Of a stretch of 34,911 nt of DNA, positions 1 through 10,273 are shown one piece after another. Below the pieces are notes generated by a model. That model did not search any database. It saw nothing but the letters and a program-made list of their open reading frames with translations, and was not told the origin of the DNA. Numbering within the stretch: position 1 is the stretch's first letter; every line of letters begins with the position of its first letter. The translations under genes and the position numbers were made by a program. The DNA lies in contig JBBIUY010000031.1 of the NCBI GenBank assembly GCA_037440005.1, positions 1 through 34,911 on the forward strand. Direction: 5' to 3'. This stretch comes from Armatimonadota bacterium. Its GTDB lineage: Bacteria > Sysuimicrobiota > Sysuimicrobiia > Sysuimicrobiales > Kaftiobacteriaceae.

Positions 1-807
1 CAGACGCTGCTGGCCACCCGCCCCACGGCGGTGAACCTGCGCTGGGCGGTGGAGCGGGTGCTGGCGGCCGCCGACCGCCTGCCCGACGCGCCGCCGGAGG
101 CGCTGGCCGAGGCGGTGCTGGGCGAAGCCGCCGCCCTGGCCGCCGCCGATGCGGCCAGCAACCGCGCCCTGGCCGAGCACGGCGCCGCCCTGATCCGGCC
201 CGGCGAGCGCATCCTCACCTACTGCAACACCGGCAGCCTGGCCACGGTGGACGTGGGGACCGCCCTGGGGATCCTGCGGGCGGCCCACGAGCAGGGCAAG
301 GGGATCCACGTGTACGTCTGCGAGACCCGCCCCGTCCTGCAGGGGGCGCGGCTGACGGCCGTGGAGGTGCTGCGGGCCGGCATCCCCGCCACCCTCATCA
401 CCGACAACGCCGCCGGGTGGCTGATGCGCACGGGCCGCATCGACCGGGTGGTGGTGGGCGCCGACCGCATCGCCGCCAACGGCGACACCGCCAACAAGAT
501 CGGCACCTACACCCTGGCGGTGCTGGCGCGCGCCCACGAGATCCCGTTCGTGGTGGCCGCCCCCCTGTCCACCGTGGACTTCCGCGCCCTCGACGGCAGC
601 GCCATCCCGGTGGAGGAGCGCCGCCCGGAGGAGGTCACCCACGTGGCCGGCGTGGCGGTGGCGCCGCCGGGCATGCCGGCCCTCAACATCGCGTTCGACA
701 TCACGCCCCACCACCTGATCAGCGCCATCGTCACCGACGCCGGCGTCGCCACGCCTCCTTTCACCCGGTCGCTGCAGGAACTGGCCTCTTGGCGCCCAAG
801 ACACTAA
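1..807 (+). CDS. mtnA: S-methyl-5-thioribose-1-phosphate isomerase (5' truncated by window edge)
   Basis: Frame is open from base 1 (QTLLATRPTAVNL). Motifs YCNTGSLAT, ETRPVLQGARLT, GADRIAANGDTANKIGTY and AFDITP. Confidence 0.95.
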   Translation, partial: QTLLATRPTAVNLRWAVERVLAAADRLPDAPPEALAEAVLGEAAALAAADAASNRALAEHGAALIRPGERILTYCNTGSLATVDVGTALGILRAAHEQGKGIHVYVCETRPVLQGARLTAVEVLRAGIPATLITDNAAGWLMRTGRIDRVVVGADRIAANGDTANKIGTYTLAVLARAHEIPFVVAAPLSTVDFRALDGSAIPVEERRPEEVTHVAGVAVAPPGMPALNIAFDITPHHLISAIVTDAGVATPPFTRSLQELASWRPRH

Positions 808-816
808 CCGGAGGTC

Positions 817-2163
817 ATGCGTCCCCGCTCCGGCAGCCATCTGGTCCTGCTGGCCCTGGCCGTGCTGTGGCTGGCGGCCGTCGCCCACAGCCTGCGCTAC
901 CGCGACCTGGTGTGGCTGCAGGTGCTGTTTGTGGACGTCACCTGGCTGCAGGCCCTGGTGCTGGCCGTGGGCGGGTTCGGGGCCCTGATGGTCCTGGCAG
1001 GCGCCCTCAGCCCGCGGCCCCGACGGCCCGCGCCGCCGGACCGCCTGCCGTTCGTCAGCGTCGTCGTGCCCGCCAAGAACGAGGACGCGGTGATCGAAGC
1101 CGCCGTCCGCAGCCTGTGCGCTCTGGACTACGCCGAGGGAGGGCGCCCGCGCTTTGAGGTGATCGTGGTGGACGACCGGTCCACCGACGGGACCGGCGCC
1201 ATCCTGGACCGGCTGGCGGCCGAGCTGCCGGTACGGGTGGTGCGCACGCCGCCCGGGAGCGTGGGCAAGGCGGCGGCCCTCAACTTCGGCATCGCCCGCG
1301 CCCGCGGCGAGGTGGTGGCCGTCTTCGACGCCGACGCCCGGGTGCAGGCCGATTTCCTGCGGCGGATGGTGGCCCTGCTGGACGGTCCCCGGGTGGGCGG
1401 GGTGCAGGCCCAGCGGCGGCTGTACAACGCCGGCCAGAACCTGCTGACCCGCATCCAGGACGACGAGTACCGGCTGTTCTACCACCCGCTGCAGCGGGCG
1501 CGCCGCTGGCTGGGGGGGATGGTGAGCTTCTCGGGCAACGGCCTGCTGGTCCGCCGCGACGTCTTGGACGAGGTGGGCGGGTGGAACGAGGAGGCCCTCA
1601 CCGAGGACATCGACCTGACCATCCGGCTGCACCTGGCCGGGTGGGAGATCCGGTACTGTGAGGACGCGGTGGTGTGGGAAGAGGCCGTGCCGCGCCTGCG
1701 GGACCTGATCCGCCAGCGCATCCGGTGGTTCGAAGGCGCCCTGCGGTGCCTGGGAGAGCACCTGCCGGCCATCCTGTTTGCCCGCGCCTCCTGGTTCAAG
1801 AAGCTGGACATGGTGGTCTTCCTCAGCGGCGGGTTGCTGGTCACCCTGGCCCTGCTGACCTCCTACCTGTACGCCGCGGTGGACGCGGCCGGGGCCGTGG
1901 TCCTGTACCTGCAGCTGCCCCGTCCTCTCACCGCGGCGGCCTCGGCGGCGCTCACGGCGGCCGTCCTGGCCGCCCTGGCGGTGCAGGTCCGGGGCCGGGT
2001 GTGGGCCCTGGTGCCGGTGGTGGCCCGCTCCGGGCTGTTTTCCCTGCACCGGATCCTGGTGGTCCCCCTGGCCGTGCACCGCTACATCCGCAGCGCCGTC
2101 ACCGGCCAGACCACCTGGGAGAAGACCGCCCACGGCCTCTCGCTGCCGCGGCGGAACGGCTGA
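817..2163 (+). CDS. Membrane-bound GT2 glycosyltransferase (D,DxD,D,QxxRW type), resembling MgdA-type beta-monoglucosyldiacylglycerol synthase
   Basis: N- and C-terminal TM segments. Motifs PAKNE, DDRSTDGT, GKAAALN, VFDADA, GNG, GGWNEEALTEDIDLTIRLHL and QRIRW. GGAGG RBS at 809-813. Confidence 0.85.
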   Translation: MRPRSGSHLVLLALAVLWLAAVAHSLRYRDLVWLQVLFVDVTWLQALVLAVGGFGALMVLAGALSPRPRRPAPPDRLPFVSVVVPAKNEDAVIEAAVRSLCALDYAEGGRPRFEVIVVDDRSTDGTGAILDRLAAELPVRVVRTPPGSVGKAAALNFGIARARGEVVAVFDADARVQADFLRRMVALLDGPRVGGVQAQRRLYNAGQNLLTRIQDDEYRLFYHPLQRARRWLGGMVSFSGNGLLVRRDVLDEVGGWNEEALTEDIDLTIRLHLAGWEIRYCEDAVVWEEAVPRLRDLIRQRIRWFEGALRCLGEHLPAILFARASWFKKLDMVVFLSGGLLVTLALLTSYLYAAVDAAGAVVLYLQLPRPLTAAASAALTAAVLAALAVQVRGRVWALVPVVARSGLFSLHRILVVPLAVHRYIRSAVTGQTTWEKTAHGLSLPRRNG

Positions 2164-2205
2164 GGGCCGGGCCGGCCCCGCCGCGGCGGCGCGCCCGTCG
2201 GTGCG

Positions 2206-3195
2206 TCAGTTCAGCAGCCTCTGGTAGATGGTCCGCAGGCGCTGGCCCACCTGTTCGAGGGAGTGGGCCCGGGCGTACTCCTGGGCGCCGGCCGCCAGCC
2301 GGCGGTACAGCTCCTCGTCCTGAGCCAGGGCCCGCAGGTGGGCGGCGAACTCCTCGGGGGTCCGCCCCTTCAGGCAGTTGACGCCGTGCTCGAAGCGTCC
2401 GGCGAAACACTCGGCGTCCCGCAGCACCAGCGGCTTGCCGCAGGCGGCGGCCTCCAGGACGGCCAGCCCCTCGTTCTCCACGGCGCTGGGGAAGAAGAAG
2501 ATGTCGCCCGCCGCGTAGGCTTCCACCACGTCCTCCACGTAGCCCGCAAAGCGCACGTTGCCGGGGGCCTGGGCGATGGCCCGCAGGGTCTCCACCTTGG
2601 CGGCCCGGTGCACCCGCCCGAACCACACCAGGGTCATCTCCGGCAGCAGCCGGCCGGTGTCGATGAACAGGTCCACCCCCTTGCGCAGCAGGGCCAGCCC
2701 CACGGCGAACGGCACCGTGCCCTCCAGCCCGAACCGGGCGCGCCCCAGCAGCCGGCGGCGGCGGTCGGGACCGAACCGCCGCAGGTCCACCCCGTTGCTG
2801 ACCACCTCGATGGGCCGGTCCAGCTCGTAGCGCCGCAGGACCTCCCGGGCGTAGGGGGAGGGGGCGATGAGCACGTCGGCCTTGCTGTAGAAAAACCGCA
2901 GGTACCGCCCCAGGTACGGAGCGATGTGGTCGCTCATGCGGAAGGAGTTGGCGAAGTCCTCGGCGGTGATGTGGCTGTGGATCAGCACCGGCCGCCGCCC
3001 GCTGTACCGCTCGGCCAGGTACAGGGAGTAGGGGCCGATGGAGTGCAGGTGCAGGATGTCGAAGGTGTCGGCGGGGTCGGTGGTGACGTCCACCCCGGCG
3101 CGCTTGAGGGCCCGCACCTGGTTTTCGTGCGCCCGGCGGATGCCTCCGCTCCACTGGGAGGAGCCGCCGTGCTCCAGGTACACGCAGACCTTCAT
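2206..3195 (-). CDS. GT4 glycosyltransferase, LafB/CpoA-like (second-sugar transferase for diglycosyl-diacylglycerol)
   Basis: N-terminus MKVCVYLE..SGGIRRAHENQVRAL; HSHITAEDFANSF, SNGVD, RKGVD; GT4 E-x7-E motif ENEGLAVLEA. Confidence 0.8.
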   Translation of the reverse strand: MKVCVYLEHGGSSQWSGGIRRAHENQVRALKRAGVDVTTDPADTFDILHLHSIGPYSLYLAERYSGRRPVLIHSHITAEDFANSFRMSDHIAPYLGRYLRFFYSKADVLIAPSPYAREVLRRYELDRPIEVVSNGVDLRRFGPDRRRRLLGRARFGLEGTVPFAVGLALLRKGVDLFIDTGRLLPEMTLVWFGRVHRAAKVETLRAIAQAPGNVRFAGYVEDVVEAYAAGDIFFFPSAVENEGLAVLEAAACGKPLVLRDAECFAGRFEHGVNCLKGRTPEEFAAHLRALAQDEELYRRLAAGAQEYARAHSLEQVGQRLRTIYQRLLN

Positions 3196-3215
3196 GGGGC
3201 GCCCCCCCAGTGTAC

Positions 3216-3243
3216 ATATGCGTTGTCGGGGGAGGATTCCTGC
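3216..3243 (-). promoter_or_regulatory. Putative sigma-H-like promoter (GCAGGA-N18-ATAT), followed by TACACT
   Basis: Minus strand reads GCAGGAATCCTCCCCCGACAACGCATATGTACACT just upstream of the GT4 start. The -10 element is a variant. Confidence 0.35.
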
Positions 3244-3256
3244 GGGGCGGGCGAGC

Positions 3257-4456
3257 TCACGACCCCACGCCCAGGGAGGCGGGCAGGGCCCAGCGGGGCG
3301 CGATGCGCTGGCGCTCGCTGCGGTCCAGGGCCTCGGCCACGAGGGCGGAAACGTCCAGAGACCGTTCGGCCTCCTCGGCTTCGGCCACCGTGGGGTGGGT
3401 GCGCGGGTGGGCCGGCACGAACAGGCTGCAGCAGTCCGGGTGGGGACGGATGCTGATCTCGTAGGTGCCGATGGCCCGGGCGCGCGCCGTGATCTCCGCC
3501 TTGTCGGCCCCGATGAGCGGCCGCAGGACCGGCACGCCGGCGGCGGCGTCGATGGCGGTGATGGCCTCCAGGGTCTGGCTGGCCACCTGGCCCAGGCTCT
3601 CGCCGGTGATCAGGGCCAGGGCCCCGGTCCGCCGGGCCAGGGCGGTGGCGATCCGCATCATCATCCGGCGCATGACCACCACCCGCAGGGGCTCGGGGAC
3701 CTGGCGCTGGATGGCCCGCTGGATCTCGGTGAACAACACGATCCACAGGGTCAGGGGGCCCGCGTACTCGGCCAGGACCGCGCACAGGTCCACCACCTTC
3801 TGCCGGGACCGCTCGCTGGTGAACGGAAAGCTGTGGAAGTGCACCGGGATGATCGTCAGGCCCCGCCGGGCGCCCAGCCAGGCGGCCACGGGGCTGTCGA
3901 TGCCCCCCGAGATCAGCGCCAGGGCCGTCCCTCCCGTCCCCGCCGGCAGGCCGCCCGGGCCGGGCAGGACCTCGGTGGTCAGGTAGGCCCGCTCGCGGAG
4001 CTCGATGCGGATGACCAGGTCGGGGGCCTCCAGCCGGACCGCCAGGTCCGGGTGGGCCCGCCGCACCGCCTCGCCCACGTGGCGGTTGACCTCCACGGAG
4101 GTGAGGGGGAACCGCTTGTCGGCGCGGTGGGTGTCCACCTTGAACGTCCGCACCGGCCGGCGGGCGCGGGCCTGGCCGGCCAGCGCCACTGCGGCGGCGG
4201 TGACGGCGTCCAGGTCGGGGTCTGCGACCTGCACGGGGCTGAAGGAGACGACCCCGAATACCTTGCCCAATCGCCCGGCGGCCTCCTCGGGAGCGGCGGC
4301 CACGTCGACGATCACGCGGCCGAACGCCAGCCGCACGTCCGCCGGCCCCAGCCCGTCCAGGGCGCGAGCCACGTTATGGACCAGCGCGTCCAGGAAGAAC
4401 TGGCGGTTGCCGCCCTTGAGGGCCACCTCGCCGTAGCGCAGAAGGAACGTCGCCAT
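3257..4456 (-). CDS. thiI: tRNA 4-thiouridine synthase ThiI (short form, no rhodanese domain)
   Basis: LRYGEVALKGGNR, THUMP domain (RADKRFPLTS), PP-loop LISGGIDSPVA, TGESLGQVASQT, DCCSLF; 399 aa. Confidence 0.95.
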   Translation of the reverse strand: MATFLLRYGEVALKGGNRQFFLDALVHNVARALDGLGPADVRLAFGRVIVDVAAAPEEAAGRLGKVFGVVSFSPVQVADPDLDAVTAAAVALAGQARARRPVRTFKVDTHRADKRFPLTSVEVNRHVGEAVRRAHPDLAVRLEAPDLVIRIELRERAYLTTEVLPGPGGLPAGTGGTALALISGGIDSPVAAWLGARRGLTIIPVHFHSFPFTSERSRQKVVDLCAVLAEYAGPLTLWIVLFTEIQRAIQRQVPEPLRVVVMRRMMMRIATALARRTGALALITGESLGQVASQTLEAITAIDAAAGVPVLRPLIGADKAEITARARAIGTYEISIRPHPDCCSLFVPAHPRTHPTVAEAEEAERSLDVSALVAEALDRSERQRIAPRWALPASLGVGS

Positions 4457-4505
4457 CGCGTCCCGTCGCCGCCCCGAGGGCTTCCCCCGGAGCCCGGCCG
4501 GCGCC

Positions 4506-5666
4506 TCAGCCGACCAGCGCCCGCAGCTCCTCCACGGCGCGCGCCAGGGCTGCGGCGGCGGCGTCCACGTCGTCGGCCGTGGTCATCCGGGACAGGCTGA
4601 TCCGCACCGTGGACTGCGCCTCCTCGGGCCGCAGCCCGATGGCCAGCAGCACGTGGCTGGGCCGGGGGTCCCGGGAGTGGCAGGCGGACCCGGTGGAGAC
4701 GTACACGCCGTCCTGCTCCAGCCGGTGCACCAGCGTCTCGCCGCGCACGCCGGCCACGGTCACGCTGAGGATGTGCGGCGCCGCGCCGTCCTCGGGCGTG
4801 TTGATCCGCAGGTCGGGGATGCGCCGCAGGTGCGCCCGCAGGCGCGACGCCAGCGCGCGCATCCGGGCCGCCGCCTCCTCCCGGTCGGCGGTCAGCAGGG
4901 CGGCGGCCGCGCCCATCCCGGCGATCCCCGGCACGTTCTCGGTGCCCGGCCGCAGCCCGCCCTCCTGATCGCCGCCGGCCAGCAGCGGCTCCAGGCGCAC
5001 CCCCCGGCGGACGTACAGCGCCCCCACGCCCTTGGGGCCGTGCACCTTGTGGCCCGACAGGGTCATCAGGTCCACCCCCCACGCCGCCGGGCGCAGGGGC
5101 ATCGTCCCCCAGGCCTGCACCGCGTCCACGTGCAGCAGGGCCTGCCCGCCCGACGCCCGGTGCCGCAGGACGGCGGCGGCGATCTCCGGGATGGGCTGGA
5201 CAGTGCCCAGCTCGTTGTTGACGGCCATGACGCTGACCAGGGCGGTGTCCGGCCGCAGCGCCCGCTCCACCTGCTCGGGCCGGACGCGGCCGGCCCGGTC
5301 CACCGGCAGCACCTCCAGCTCCCACCCCTGCCGGGCCAGCCGCTGGAGGGTCTGCAGGACCGAGGAGTGCTCCACGGCCGTGGTGATCAGGTGGCGGCCC
5401 CTGCCGGCGCGGGCGGCCCCCACCAGGGCCAGGACGTTGGCCTCGGTCCCTCCCGAGGTGAACACGATCTCCTCCGGGGCCGCCCCCACCGAGCGGGCCA
5501 CCGCCTCCCGGGCGGCGCGCACCACGCGCTCGGCGGCCACCCCCAGGCCGTGCAGGGACGAGGGGTTGCCGTACGCGACCGTCAGGGCCCTGCTGACCGC
5601 GTCCACCACCTGCGGGTGGGGCCGGGTCGTGGCCGCATTGTCCAGGTAGATGGGCCGGTCCGTCAT
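4506..5666 (-). CDS. iscS: Cysteine desulfurase (IscS/NifZ type), likely sulfur donor for ThiI
   Basis: YLDNAATT, FTSGGTEAN, HVDAVQ, SGHKVHGPKG (PLP Lys), STGSACHS (catalytic Cys). Lies directly upstream of thiI. Confidence 0.93.
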   Translation of the reverse strand: MTDRPIYLDNAATTRPHPQVVDAVSRALTVAYGNPSSLHGLGVAAERVVRAAREAVARSVGAAPEEIVFTSGGTEANVLALVGAARAGRGRHLITTAVEHSSVLQTLQRLARQGWELEVLPVDRAGRVRPEQVERALRPDTALVSVMAVNNELGTVQPIPEIAAAVLRHRASGGQALLHVDAVQAWGTMPLRPAAWGVDLMTLSGHKVHGPKGVGALYVRRGVRLEPLLAGGDQEGGLRPGTENVPGIAGMGAAAALLTADREEAAARMRALASRLRAHLRRIPDLRINTPEDGAAPHILSVTVAGVRGETLVHRLEQDGVYVSTGSACHSRDPRPSHVLLAIGLRPEEAQSTVRISLSRMTTADDVDAAAAALARAVEELRALVG

Positions 5667-5675
5667 CTCCCATCC

Positions 5676-5686
5676 ATTCTAGCACG
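5676..5686 (-). promoter_or_regulatory. Extended -10 promoter (TGcTAGAAT) for iscS-thiI, near-leaderless
   Basis: Minus strand CGTGCTAGAAT; the -10 hexamer ends 9 nt before the iscS ATG. Confidence 0.55.
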
Positions 5687-5701
5687 GCGGGCGCGCGCGT
5701 A

Positions 5702-5731
5702 TTGACGCTGGTTTTTCGCGCGTGCTAGAAT
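5702..5731 (+). promoter_or_regulatory. Sigma-70/sigma-A promoter of ileS
   Basis: TTGACG (5702-5707), N18, TAGAAT (5726-5731) with extended TG, immediately before the T-box leader. Confidence 0.8.
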
Positions 5732-5743
5732 CGCCACCACAGT

Positions 5744-6027
5744 GGCGATGACGGGGGCGGTCCCGCCGCCGTCGGCCCAGCGAGCCGGGAGCCGGTGCCA
5801 GCCCGGCGCCGCTCGGGCGGCGGGCGATCACCCCGCAAGCCGCGCACCCAACGCGCTGCCGCCCCAGCGCCAGTAGGCTGCGCCGGACCCTCCGCCGTGA
5901 CCCGGAGGACGGAATCGGACCGACCGGTCCCGTTCCGGGCGAGAGCTGAGCCGGCCGTGCCGGCTCAGAACGCGGGTGGTACCGCGGGCCGACCGCCCGT
6001 CCCAGCGCGGACGGGCGTGTGTATTTT
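5744..6027 (+). promoter_or_regulatory. T-box riboswitch, Ile specifier (AUC)
   Basis: GCGATGA start of stem I, AGCGAG/GGTG distal motifs, specifier ATC at 5827-5829, stem III at 5946-5968, T-box AACGCGGGTGGTACCGCG at 5969-5986, downstream terminator. Precedes ileS. Confidence 0.92.
5994..6027 (+). terminator. T-box attenuator terminator
   Basis: Stem CGCCCGTCC (5994-6002)/GGACGGGCG (6009-6017) followed by TGTGTATTTT. Confidence 0.7.
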
Positions 6028-6062
6028 CCCGGGGGCGGAGTCGGCAGCCGGGAGGACGCGCC

Positions 6063-9000
6063 ATGGGAGTGTACAGGCCGGTCCCCGCCAAGGTGGACTT
6101 CCCGGCCCTGGAGCGCGAGATCCTGGCCTGGTGGCAGGCCCAGGGCGTGGTGCAGCAGTACCTGCGGCGCAACGAGGGATCGCCGCGGCGGTGGTCGTTT
6201 CTGGACGGTCCCATCACCGCCAACAACCCCATGGGGGTGCACCACGCCTGGGGCCGCACCTACAAGGACCTGTTCCAGCGCTACAAGACCATGCGCGGCT
6301 TCCGCCAGCGCTACCAGAACGGGTACGACTGCCAGGGCCTGTGGGTGGAGGTCAACGTCGAGCGGGAGCTGGGTTTCCGCAGCAAGCGCGACATCGAACG
6401 GTTCGGGATCGCGCCGTTTGTCAACCTGTGCAAGGAGCGGGTGCTCACCTACGCGGCGCTGATCACCGAGCAGTCCATCCGCCTGGGGATGTGGATGGAC
6501 TGGGAGGACCCGGCGCTGCTGCGGCAGCTGGCCGAGGGCATGCGCACCGACCCGGGGCGGCGGATCACCATCCCCGGCCGCCGCGGCCCGGTCACCGGCA
6601 CCGTGGAGCAGCTGGTGGGCCGACTGGGATCCCCGGAGATCGGCGGCTCGTACTTCACCTTCTCCGACGAGAACAACTACCAGATCTGGGCGTTCCTGAA
6701 GACCTGCTGGCAGCGGGGGCTGATCTACAAGGGCCACGACGTCATGCCCTGGTGCCCGCGGTGCAGCACCGGCATCAGCGAGCACGAGATCGTCACCGAG
6801 GGCTACCAGGAGGTCACCCACCCCGGCGTGTTCGTGCGGTTCCCCCTGCGGGACCGGCCGGGCCGGTCGCTGCTGGTGTGGACCACCACGCCGTGGACCC
6901 TCACCAGCAACGTGGCCGCGGCGGTGCACCCCGACCTCACCTACGTGGTGGTCCGCCAGGGCGACGAGGAGCTGGTGCTGGCCGAGGGGACCCTGGGGGC
7001 GCTGGAGGGATCCGCCAGGGTGGTCGAGCGCCTGCCGGGCCGGCAGCTGGTGGGGTGGCGCTACCGCGGGCCCTTTGACCACTTGCTGCCCCAGCAGGGG
7101 GTGGACCACCGGGTCATCCCCTGGACGGAGGTGGGCGCCGCCGAAGGGACCGGCATCGTCCACATCGCCCCCGGGTGCGGCGCCGAGGACTTCGCCCTCA
7201 GCAAGGAACACGGGCTGCCCGTCATCGCGCCCATCGACGAGTTCGGCGTCTTCGTGGACGGGTTCGGGCCGCTGACGGGGCTGCGGACCGACGAGGCGAC
7301 CCAGCCCATCCTGGACCACCTGCGCGCCGCCGGCCTGCTGTACAAGGTGGAGCCCTACACCCACCGGTACCCGGTGTGCTGGCGGTGCGGCAGCGAGCTG
7401 GTGTTCCGGCTGGTGGACGAGTGGTTCATCGCCATGGACCCCCTGCGGGAGCAGCTGATGGACGTCGCCCGGCGCATCCGGTGGATCCCCGGGTTCGGGC
7501 TGGACCGGGAGCTGGACTGGCTGCGCAACATGCGCGACTGGATGATCAGCAAGAAGCGGTACTGGGGCCTGGCGCTGCCCATCTACGAGTGCGCCCGGTG
7601 CGGGCACTTTGAGGTCCTGGGTTCCGCCGAGGAGCTGCGGGCGCGGGCGGTGGAGGGGTGGGAGGTGTTCGAGGGCCACACCCCCCACCGGCCGTGGGTG
7701 GACGCGGTGAAGATCGCCTGCGCCCGGTGCGGGGCGGTCACCTCCCGGATTCCCGATGTGGGCAACCCCTGGCTGGACGCCGGCATCGTGCCCTTTTCCA
7801 CCCTGGGCTACCGCACCGCTCCCGAGGAGTGGGCCCGCTGGTATCCGGCCGACTTCATCACCGAGAGCTTCCCCGGCCAGTACCGCAACTGGTTCTACTC
7901 GCTGCTGGTGATGGCCACGGTTCTGGACGGCCGGGAACCCTTTCGCACCTGCCTGGGCTACGCCCTGGTGCGGGACGAGCAGGGCCGCGAGATGCACAAG
8001 AGCTGGGGCAACATGATCGAGTTCAACGAGGCGGCGGAGCGGGCGGGCGTGGACGTGATGCGGTGGGCCTACTGCGTCCAGAATCCGGCGGCCCACCTCA
8101 ACTTCGGGTACGGCCTGCTGGACGACGTCCGCCGCCGCTTCATCCTGCCCCTGTGGAACGTGGTGTCCTTTTTCACCACCTACGCCGCCCTGGAACCCCT
8201 GGACTTCGCGACGCTGGTGCGCCAGGAGCCCCCCCTGGGGGTGCTGGACCGGTGGCTGCTGTCGCGCCTGGCGCGGCTGGTGGCGACGGTGGGCGACCGG
8301 ATGGACGACTACGATCCCGCCGGCGCCGCCAAAGCCTTAGAGGCGTTCGTGGACGACCTGTCCACCTGGTACGTGCGCCGCAGCCGCCGGCGGTTCTGGA
8401 AGAGCGAAGACGACGCCGACAAGCGCGCCGCCTACTACGCCCTCTACCATGCCCTGCGCACCCTGGCGCTGCTGCTGGCGCCCTTTGTGCCCTTTCTGGC
8501 CGAGCGCATCTACCAGGACGTGGTGCGGCCCGTGGACGCCCGGGCTCCCCTCAGCGTGCACCTGTGCGACTTCCCCACCCCCGACACCGCCCGGATGGAT
8601 GAGGAGCTGGAGACCCTGGTGGAGGCCGCCCGGACCCTGGTGGCCCTGGGCCGGGCGGCCCGGGGGCGGGCGCGCATCAAGGTCCGCCAGCCCCTGCCGG
8701 CGGTGTTGCTGGTCACCCGGCACCGGGCCCTGCGCGAGACGCCGGAACTGCTGGACCACATCGCCGACGAGCTCAACGTGAAGGCGGTGCGCTTCGTCGA
8801 CGATCCCGCCCGCTACGTGTCCTTCGAGGTCTCGGTGCGCTATGACGTGCTGGGCCCGCGGCTGGGCGCGCAGGTGCAGGAGGTGGCGCGGGCCGTGCGG
8901 GCGATGGACCCGGCGGCGGTCCTGCGCACCCTGGAGCGGGAGGGGCGCCTGGCGGTGCCGGTGGACGGGGAGGCGGTGTGGCTGTCCCGGGACGAGGTGG

Positions 9001-9350
9001 TGGCCCGCCTGCACGAGGCGCGGGGCTACGCCGCCGAAGGGCAGGGCGGCGAGTTCGCCATCCTGGAAACGACCCTGACCCCCGACCTGGTCCTGGAGGG
9101 CCAGGCCCGGGAACTGGTCCACCAGATCCAGATGCTGCGCCGGGAGGCCGGCCTGGCGGTCACCGACCGCATCGTGGTGTTCCACGACGGCCAGCTGGGG
9201 CCGATCCTGGACGCCCACGGCGACTATATCCGGCGCGAGGTGCTGGCGGTGGACGTGCGGGAGGATCCGGCGCGGGCCACCTCCCCGGTGCGGCTGGACG
9301 CCCGGGTGGTCCGGGTGGGCCTGGTCCGGGTCCCGGCGGGGCAGGTGTAG
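6063..9350 (+). CDS. ileS: Isoleucine--tRNA ligase, type 2 (IleRS2)
   Basis: GGAGGA RBS then ATG at 6063. [65 protein letters not shown]. Ile T-box upstream. Confidence 0.97.
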   Translation: MGVYRPVPAKVDFPALEREILAWWQAQGVVQQYLRRNEGSPRRWSFLDGPITANNPMGVHHAWGRTYKDLFQRYKTMRGFRQRYQNGYDCQGLWVEVNVERELGFRSKRDIERFGIAPFVNLCKERVLTYAALITEQSIRLGMWMDWEDPALLRQLAEGMRTDPGRRITIPGRRGPVTGTVEQLVGRLGSPEIGGSYFTFSDENNYQIWAFLKTCWQRGLIYKGHDVMPWCPRCSTGISEHEIVTEGYQEVTHPGVFVRFPLRDRPGRSLLVWTTTPWTLTSNVAAAVHPDLTYVVVRQGDEELVLAEGTLGALEGSARVVERLPGRQLVGWRYRGPFDHLLPQQGVDHRVIPWTEVGAAEGTGIVHIAPGCGAEDFALSKEHGLPVIAPIDEFGVFVDGFGPLTGLRTDEATQPILDHLRAAGLLYKVEPYTHRYPVCWRCGSELVFRLVDEWFIAMDPLREQLMDVARRIRWIPGFGLDRELDWLRNMRDWMISKKRYWGLALPIYECARCGHFEVLGSAEELRARAVEGWEVFEGHTPHRPWVDAVKIACARCGAVTSRIPDVGNPWLDAGIVPFSTLGYRTAPEEWARWYPADFITESFPGQYRNWFYSLLVMATVLDGREPFRTCLGYALVRDEQGREMHKSWGNMIEFNEAAERAGVDVMRWAYCVQNPAAHLNFGYGLLDDVRRRFILPLWNVVSFFTTYAALEPLDFATLVRQEPPLGVLDRWLLSRLARLVATVGDRMDDYDPAGAAKALEAFVDDLSTWYVRRSRRRFWKSEDDADKRAAYYALYHALRTLALLLAPFVPFLAERIYQDVVRPVDARAPLSVHLCDFPTPDTARMDEELETLVEAARTLVALGRAARGRARIKVRQPLPAVLLVTRHRALRETPELLDHIADELNVKAVRFVDDPARYVSFEVSVRYDVLGPRLGAQVQEVARAVRAMDPAAVLRTLEREGRLAVPVDGEAVWLSRDEVVARLHEARGYAAEGQGGEFAILETTLTPDLVLEGQARELVHQIQMLRREAGLAVTDRIVVFHDGQLGPILDAHGDYIRREVLAVDVREDPARATSPVRLDARVVRVGLVRVPAGQV

Positions 9351-9421
9351 GTCCGGAGGGCGGCAGCCGGCGCGGGCGCCCCCGCCGGGACCCGGCGCAC
9401 GTCGCCCCCACAGGAGCGGCC

Positions 9422-10144
9422 ATGACCCCCAAGGTGATCGGTGTGCTGGGCGGCCTGGGACCCTGGGCCACCCTGGACCTGTTCGAGAAGATCCTGCGCC
9501 TGACGCCTGCGCGGCGCGATCAGGACCACCTGCGGGTGATCATCGACAACAACCCGCGCGTGCCCGACCGGGGCCCCGCCATCCTGGGGGAGGGGGAGGA
9601 CCCCACGCCGGCGCTGGTGGCGGGGGCGCGCACCCTGGAGCGCGCCGGCGCCGACTTCATCGTCATCCCCTGCAACACCGCCCACCACTTTTACCCGGCG
9701 ATCCAGGCCGCGGTGGGCATCCCGGTGCTGCACATCATGGAGGAGGTGGCATCGGCCGCCCGGGCCGAGCTTCCCCACGTCCGGGTGCTGGGCCTGCTGG
9801 CGACCCCGGCCACGGTGGCCTCCGGGCTGTACCACCGCGCCTGCGGACGCGCCGGCTGCGAGGTGATCGCCCCCGACCCTCCCGGACAGGACGTGGTCAC
9901 CGCCGCCATCTACGCGGTCAAGGCGGGCCGGCGCGACCGGGACCTGGCCCGGGCGCTGGCCCCGGTGATCGACGGCCTGGTGGCCCGCGGCGCCCGCGCC
10001 CTCATCCTGGGCTGCACGGAGCTGCCGCTGGTGCTGGATGGTTTCGCCGCCCCCGTGCCTGTGCTGGACAGCAACCTCATCCTGGCCCGGGCGGCGGTCC
10101 GCCGCGCCCTGGGCGAGCCCGTGCCCTCCGTCGCCGACCCGTAG
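9422..10144 (+). CDS. Aspartate/amino-acid racemase (RacX/RacD family)
   Basis: [16 protein letters not shown], two catalytic Cys motifs IPCNTAH and GCTELPL. AGGAG RBS. Confidence 0.9.
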   Translation: MTPKVIGVLGGLGPWATLDLFEKILRLTPARRDQDHLRVIIDNNPRVPDRGPAILGEGEDPTPALVAGARTLERAGADFIVIPCNTAHHFYPAIQAAVGIPVLHIMEEVASAARAELPHVRVLGLLATPATVASGLYHRACGRAGCEVIAPDPPGQDVVTAAIYAVKAGRRDRDLARALAPVIDGLVARGARALILGCTELPLVLDGFAAPVPVLDSNLILARAAVRRALGEPVPSVADP

Positions 10145-10171
10145 CCTCCGCTGCGGGGTGCGGGCGGCCCC

Positions 10172-10200
10172 TTGTCAACCCCCGGGGCATCGGATACACT
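10172..10200 (+). promoter_or_regulatory. Sigma-70 promoter of the dksA-lspA-lgt unit
   Basis: TTGTCA (10172-10177), N17, TACACT (10195-10200). Confidence 0.7.
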
Positions 10201-10273
10201 ACCGACGTCACAGACGTCCCCGCGGTGCCTGTACGCTGCGGTCCGGCGCGGGCGCGGGGGGAAGGGACGGCGG

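Noticed and set aside
774..801. Full sigma-H-like promoter before the GT2 gene
   Set aside because: The -35 GCAGGAA matches, but the -10 position reads CAAG/AAGA. It is kept only as a partial match.
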